DNA of 64,000 bases from Octopus vulgaris (Eukaryota): positions 63,922,001 through 63,986,000 of the forward strand of contig OX597814.1 of the NCBI GenBank assembly GCA_951406725.2, given 5' to 3'. The position numbers were made by a program, and so were the translations under genes. The notes beneath the pieces are model-generated. The model worked only from the letters and a program-made list of their open reading frames with translations. It had not been told where the DNA came from and ran no database searches. Below are positions 55,295 through 64,000 of the stretch, piece by piece (the first letter of the stretch is position 1; each line of letters begins with the position of its first letter).

Positions 55295-55839
55295 TACATA
55301 CATATACATATTTTTGTGTGTGTATATATGTGTGTGTGTGAATGTGTGTGTATGTGTACGTGTCTTTGCGTTTGTGTGTGCCCACCCTAAGTGCTTTACA
55401 GCCGGTTTTAGAGTGTTAATATCCTCGTAACTTAGCATTGCTGCAGTCTAGTGGCTGAAACTAGCAAACGTTAAGAGATAAAAATTATCTATAATGCCAA
55501 TAATTTGGAGAAGGTAAACTTAATGATACTAACTGCAATGCTTGCTGTTGTTAATTCTTTTTCAAGGAATAAGAGCAAATGTTAGCCATGACGTATTTGT
55601 AAATTAGAACGCAAAAAAAATCTAATTTCTTTAAAACGGTTTGTTTAATTTATCGGGCTGATATCAGTTTTAATAATGGTAGAATGTTTTTGCAATGCCC
55701 AAACTCACTCCTGAATGAACAAATTTATGATTGTAAACATAATTTATCACTTTCATGCTTTTATTCGCTTTTTTATTCAGACTAGATGTATTGTATATAG
55801 AAAATTATCCTTCCATTTTTAATACAATAGCTTTTATAT

Positions 55840-56062
55840 TATTTACATTATTTATATTTGACGGATATTTGCCCTCATCTTGTTTGTTGTTAACACAACG
55901 TTTCGGCTGATGTACCCTCCAGCCTTCATCAGGTGTCCTGGGGAAATTCTAAGGTAATTTTCGATGTTATTAATTATTATTATTATTCAGGGCACTGCCT
56001 GGAATCGAACTCGGAATCTTGGGGTTAGTAGCCCGCGCTCTTAACCACTACGCCATATACCC
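55840..56062 (-). mobile_element. Hammerhead-bearing tRNA-headed SINE-like element, copy 2
   Basis: Complete tRNA-like head GGGTATATGGCGTAGTGGTTAAG..GGGCTACTAACCC..GAGTTCGATTCC (56062-55990), short (AAT)n, hammerhead, same tail as copy 1. Confidence 0.85.
55892..55937 (-). ncRNA. Minimal type I hammerhead ribozyme
   Basis: GACAC-CTGATGA-A-GGCTGG(agggtaca)TCAGCC-GAAAC-GTT|GTGTT; differs from 24129-24174 only by an A-U to G-U pair and one loop base. Confidence 0.85.
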
Positions 56063-57536
56063 CTGGGCACTTATGGGAGTGAAAATATAGAAGTGTTATA
56101 TCTTTTATCTTTTGCTTTTCTTTTTTCTTACTTTACTCATCGGATTGCAGTCATGATGGGGCACCTTCTTTCAGGTTTTAGTCGAACAAATGGGCCCCAG
56201 TACTTTTAAGCCTACTACTGATTTGATTGAACTGCTAGGTTGAACCGTTCTGTTTACGGGGACGTAAACAAAACACCATCGGTTTCAAGCGGTGGTGGGG
56301 ACAAACACTAACAAAAAGATATACACAAATATTCTTTCGGTTTCCCTCAACCAAATCCGTTCAGAAGTTGTTGTTGGTAGGAGACACCATGCAGTGTACT
56401 GAACCTGTGTTGTTGGGAAGGAAGCTTCTTACCACTCAGCCATACTGGGTTTTTAAGGGGATTTGGTTGATATTTGTAGCATTTTGATATTTCTGGATGA
56501 CGGCTATGAGATTCCCTTGTTGGATCAAGTGCTCTTTTAATCACTGATATAAAGAATTCATTAAGACTTGTAGCCTATGTTTCATAACAAATTTTTCTCT
56601 TTTTCTCTTTTTTTGTCGTCCACCGAAACTAACTTCAGCTCGGAAACCAAAAGAACGATAAAGTACGGAGATGTATTCTACGTTGATCAAGTGAGACTAT
56701 CACTCAGTTATATAAATTACATGTGCTTTGTTTCTTTAAAATAATGGCATTTTTAGTTGAGTTAACATGTTAAGTTATGTAAGATCTTAAAAAGACGAAT
56801 TCACAAAATTCGCAATGAGAGCTGTTTCACACCATTTGCCGTTAAAATAACTTCGTGAAAGGTATTCTTTATAATTAATTTCCTTAAAACAAAAGCGCTC
56901 TTACTTAAAACATTGCTGAAATAAAAGCAGTTAATTTTTTGCTGTTTCTTCATTAAAATATCCATAAACTTATGATTATTACTATGGTAAGAATGATAGA
57001 TATTTTCAATTCGTGCCGTGGGATAGATCTTGGTACGAATTCTACTTCGTAATCACTGATCACGAAATATTACGACGTTTACTTCGTAACTTTTCCTCTA
57101 TACCTGCGCCCTTCAAAACAACAAATATTCATGTAAGACGTACGAGAACACACATCGTCAATGAGAATCGGTGTCTAGACGTTGCTGATATTAAAACCGA
57201 CATCTGTAAAGCACTTGAGCGATAAATTCATAAAAAGACAAATAACAAAATAGCAAAGCAAAAGTGCAATAGAATAGTTAGACAAGCAGACATAGGAAAA
57301 GAAAACTATGAACATCAAACAATTACATAAAAATATTTAAAAATAAACATCATCATCATGATCACCACAGTTACTATAGTTTCCATAGGCATCATCATCA
57401 TCATCATCATCATTACCGTGTAAAACAAAAAAACACGATTATCACTTAAATTACACATGCGCACACTAAGACATACACACATGTATGTGTAAGTACATCT
57501 ATATGTATGTTTGTATGCATATATACATACAAATAA

Positions 57537-57573
<37 letters not shown>

Positions 57574-57617
57574 AATGTACACATGCACATGTATACTTAT
57601 ATGCATATGTATACACG

Positions 57618-57666
<49 letters not shown>

Positions 57667-57840
57667 CATGTATAGATACATGCATGCATACATACATGCA
57701 TACATATATACGTACTTATATGTACACACACGTATACGTTTTGTTATTGAGGATTTTGTTTATTGATGTAGATTAATATTATTATTCTTTTTATCATCAT
57801 CATTATCAGTAGTAGTAGTAGTAGCAGCAGCAGCAGCATA

Positions 57841-57880
<40 letters not shown>

Positions 57881-58175
57881 ATCTTCTCATATCTGTTATT
57901 TATTTATTTATTTACATTTTACTCTTGTCTGTTACTACAAGGGATGGCGCGGTTCCAAAATGTTTTGTTAGAAGGGAATTATTGCGATAGCGGATGACTT
58001 AAAATTTGTTGGTGGGCTTAGGAGTGGAAGTGAAGATTGGTAAAGGTGATATGTTTGACATAGTAGCACAAGTTGCATCCGTTAACTTTGGATGAATTGG
58101 AAATTGGAACGGACAACATGGGCGTTGGGGATATCATTAATCGGGAAACAGATGTTTAGGCTTCACAATTATATA

Positions 58176-59445
58176 CAGGGGTTGGACAAAATAATGGAAA
58201 CACCTTAAAATTTCTAACAAATTTACTTTAATATGGGGTGGGACTGCCTTTGGCAGTAATCACAGCTTCAATTCTACGAGGTATGGACTCATACACAGTT
58301 TGAATTGTTTCCAAAGGTATTTTTGTCCATTCTTCAGCTAAAACAGTCTCCAGTTCTTGTTGGAGGATATCGACTCCTTACTTGTTTTTCTAAAATACAC
58401 CATAAATGTTAAATAATAATGAGATCAGGGGACTGTGGTAGCCAGATAAGATGTTCAACTTCACTATAATGTTCCTCGTGCCATTCAGTAACAACTTTTG
58501 CTGTGTGAATTGGTGCATTATCACCCTGAAAGATTGCGTTTCCCTCCGGAAACAGTTCCGCAACCATAGGATGAGTTTGATCAGATAAAATGCTTAAATC
58601 GACTTGACTATTAATTTTGCCATGCAGAGAAACTATTGGGCCGGCGGATTTCTAAGATATAGCCCCCCCCCCCCTCACCGATCATCACAGATCCTCCTCC
58701 ATATTTAACAGTTGGAAGAATGCAGTCTTGGTCAAATGCTTCTTTTGGCTGTCTCCACGCGTATACTCGGCCAGTAGTCAGAAATAAGGTAAAGGATGAC
58801 TCTTCAGATAAAATAACATTCTTCCACTGCTCTAGGGACCAATTCTGTAGGTTTTTACTCCACTCTAAACGCTTTGCAGCGTTTGTTTTTGAAAGTAGTG
58901 GTTTTCTGATTGCAGCCCTCTCGTGAAATCCGGCTTTGTGCAGCTCCCGGCGAACTGTTTTTGTGGAAACTGGTTTCTCGAGGTGATCATTAAGCTCTGC
59001 AGTAATTTTGGGAGCTATACTTTTGTGATACTTTCTAAACTTCGCGTATGAATCCGACGGTCCCTATCTGAAAGTTCTTGTTTTCTTCCAGAGTTTTGCT
59101 TCCACGAGGAGGTTTTTCCTCTTCCTCAAAGGCTGTTGTTACTTTCGAAACAGTACTTCTCGATACACCAAACATTTCGGCTGTTTTCGTTATGCTAATG
59201 CCTGCCATACGAGCACCAGCAATTTGACCTCTTTGAATGTCCGATAGATTTGTCATTTTAATGAATTTTAATGACCTTTTTCTGATGATATCTGAAAAGA
59301 AGCAGCAATTTTAGCAAAACATATTAAGCAACACTAATAATAAATTTTTAAAAAAACATAAAAATAAACAAGTTTTTGACGGATTTATAGATATTTCAAA
59401 ATTATGATGCTATGCTAGGCGTTTCTATTATTTTGTCCAACCCTG
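58176..59445 (-). mobile_element. Full-length decayed Tc1-like transposon
   Basis: TA-flanked TIRs CAGGG(G)TTGGACAAAATAAT.GAAAC.CCT; transposase MTNLSDIQRGQI..FGVSRSTVSKV, ILSEES, FQGDNAP, PQSPDL motifs. Confidence 0.92.
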
Positions 59446-59856
59446 TATAAATACCGCCTCAAATAAACTTACATATAATTTGACTGCATCGGTTAGTAAC
59501 CGTTGCAATTGTAACTTTACTATAATACCGGTGCAATTTCCTCAGGGTTTTCACTGTAATGTTCTTCAAGATTTAACTGTTTAAAGTTTTATGTTGATTT
59601 TAGTTGCGGTCAATGAAATGGAGTTGTACATTAATTCAGACTCGAATTATTTTCAATTCCAAGTGTTTATTCCTTATAGTTAATTATAGTTAGTTATTTC
59701 AAACAAATTCGTTGTTCAAACATTTGTAACTCATTTATATTGAGCAAAGGTGAATTTCTTTTATATGCAAGCATCTTAAAACTTGTTCTTGTCTAAACTT
59801 TATTATATTGTCAAAAATTGGTAAAATATTTCAATATATAGATCATATATATCAGT

Positions 59857-60190
59857 AAACCTCTTCGTCGAAACAAAACTCCGGAAGAAAACCAAAACTT
59901 TCAGATAGGGACCGTCGGACTGTTACGGGAAGTGTTAGATAAGATTACATAGTACAGCTCTCATTATTACTGCAGAGCTTAATGACCACCTCGAGAAACC
60001 AGTTTCCACAAAAGCAGTTCGCCGGGAGCTGCACAAAGCCTGATTTCACGAGAGGGCTGCAATCAGAGAACCACTACTTTCAAAAACAAACGCTGCAAAG
60101 CGTTTAGAGTGGAGTAAAAACCTACAGAATTGGTCCCTAGAGCAGTGGAAGAATGTTATTTTATCGGAAGAGTCATCCTTTACCTTATTT
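59857..60190 (+). mobile_element. Inverted internal fragment of the adjacent Tc1 family
   Basis: Close reverse-complement match to ~58783-59115. Confidence 0.85.
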
Positions 60191-60194
60191 AGTA

Positions 60195-60615
60195 GTGTAA
60201 AATTTTTGCAGTGCTAATTAATTCCCAGTTGATAGTAAATAATAAATGTAAAACTAAATATGTAATATATGGATGCAAAGATACAAGTGAGACAAATGAA
60301 TACATTTATATCGGTGCGGCTTTACTGGCTAATCACTTAAATTCCTTTAAAGATAAGGATAAAAAATTCCAAACAAGTCTAAGTAGGTTAATCTGGTCTG
60401 TCAAAGACAAGCAAAAGCTATACTATCAACTGGGAATTAATTAGTACTGCAAAACCTTACAGACCAGGAAATGATATCAACATAAAACTTAAACCATTTA
60501 AATCTTAAAAGATATTACAGTGAAGAGCCTGAAGTAACTACATCGGTATTATTGTAAAGTTGCAGTTGGAACGATTTCTAACCAATTGAGTGGAAGTATA
60601 TAGGTCTATTTAAGT
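60195..60615 (+). mobile_element. Penelope-like GIY-YIG endonuclease fragment and pLTR remnant
   Basis: CKTKYVIY..YIG..NHLNSF..TSLSRLIW in ORF 60211..60444; the downstream ~140 bp has a diverged inverted copy at 59460-59600. Confidence 0.7.
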
Positions 60616-60674
60616 CTACATTTATATATAAATGTGAATTAAGGGTAATGCTAACGCTACTTCGTTACAATCCA

Positions 60675-60717
<43 letters not shown>

Positions 60718-60728
60718 GTTATCATCAT

Positions 60729-63467
<2,739 letters not shown>

Positions 63468-63479
63468 CACCATTTACTT

Positions 63480-64000
63480 TTAAACTGTATGTTTCTTACA
63501 ATTACTTGCCGAGACACACCTAGCGTCCTAGGGTGAGAGAAGGATAAGAGATGTCATAGTATGACTGAAAGCTTGGGGAAGGGAAGTGGCAGGGACTGTA
63601 GCAAAATATCTTCATGCAATGCAACACAGACATTTAAATTGATAGGGTTTTTCTAAGGATGTGGGCAGTACTTGTCAGCACAATCTTTTGGATTTCTCTG
63701 AGACATGGTCCTCTTGGGATATTATCTAGATTTTTCTGATATACCTTTCTTATCATACCTAGGATGCCCATAAAAACAGGAATAGTTCTTGCTTTAAGAT
63801 GCCGCATCTTTTGTATTTCAATTTGCAGAACCTTATATTTACTTAATTTGTCAAATTCTTTTACAGATATATCTTTATCAGTGGGAACACCTACATCTAT
63901 TAGTCTACAAGTATTTTCTCCCATGTCTTTAATGACAATATCTGGTCAATTAGACTGTATCGTTCTGTCGGTGTTGACTGGAAAATCCCAAAATTACCTT
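63480..64000 (-). mobile_element. 3' end of a second, diverged R4/Dong-type element
   Basis: LIDVGVP..KLSKYKVL..IQKIVLTSTAHILRKTL parallels ORF 60827..61066 but with a different 3' UTR. Confidence 0.85.

Noticed and set aside
55990-56062. Possible genuine tRNA gene
   Set aside because: Acceptor and T stems pair poorly and the sequence is fused to a repeated body; treated as a SINE head, as are the other A/B-box heads.

Overview
Eukaryotic, AT-rich, microsatellite- and repeat-dense DNA. The SINE repertoire and (TA)n/(TG)n/(TATC)n load suggest an octopod cephalopod (inference). One host gene is visible: a ~3.1-kb first coding exon of a pappalysin (PAPP-A-like metzincin) on +. It encodes a signal peptide at 7731, a ~960-aa prepro region with a Thr-rich mucin-like tract, a furin-type RYAR|D site and the start of the LamG-like domain, and ends at a phase-1 GT donor (10825). 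No second exon was found, so the remaining >53 kb appears intronic. The rest of the window is decayed mobile DNA: Penelope-like RT and GIY-YIG fragments, two mariners, one Tc1, a hAT MITE, a Helitron, CR1-like and L1/Tx1-like fragments, two R4/Dong LINEs at (TAA)n tracts, and several tRNA-derived SINE families. The most notable non-coding signal is a set of hammerhead-ribozyme motifs, including two copies of an element that joins a tRNA-like Pol III head, an (AAT)n spacer and a minimal Penelope-type hammerhead. All family names come from motif recognition, not database searches.
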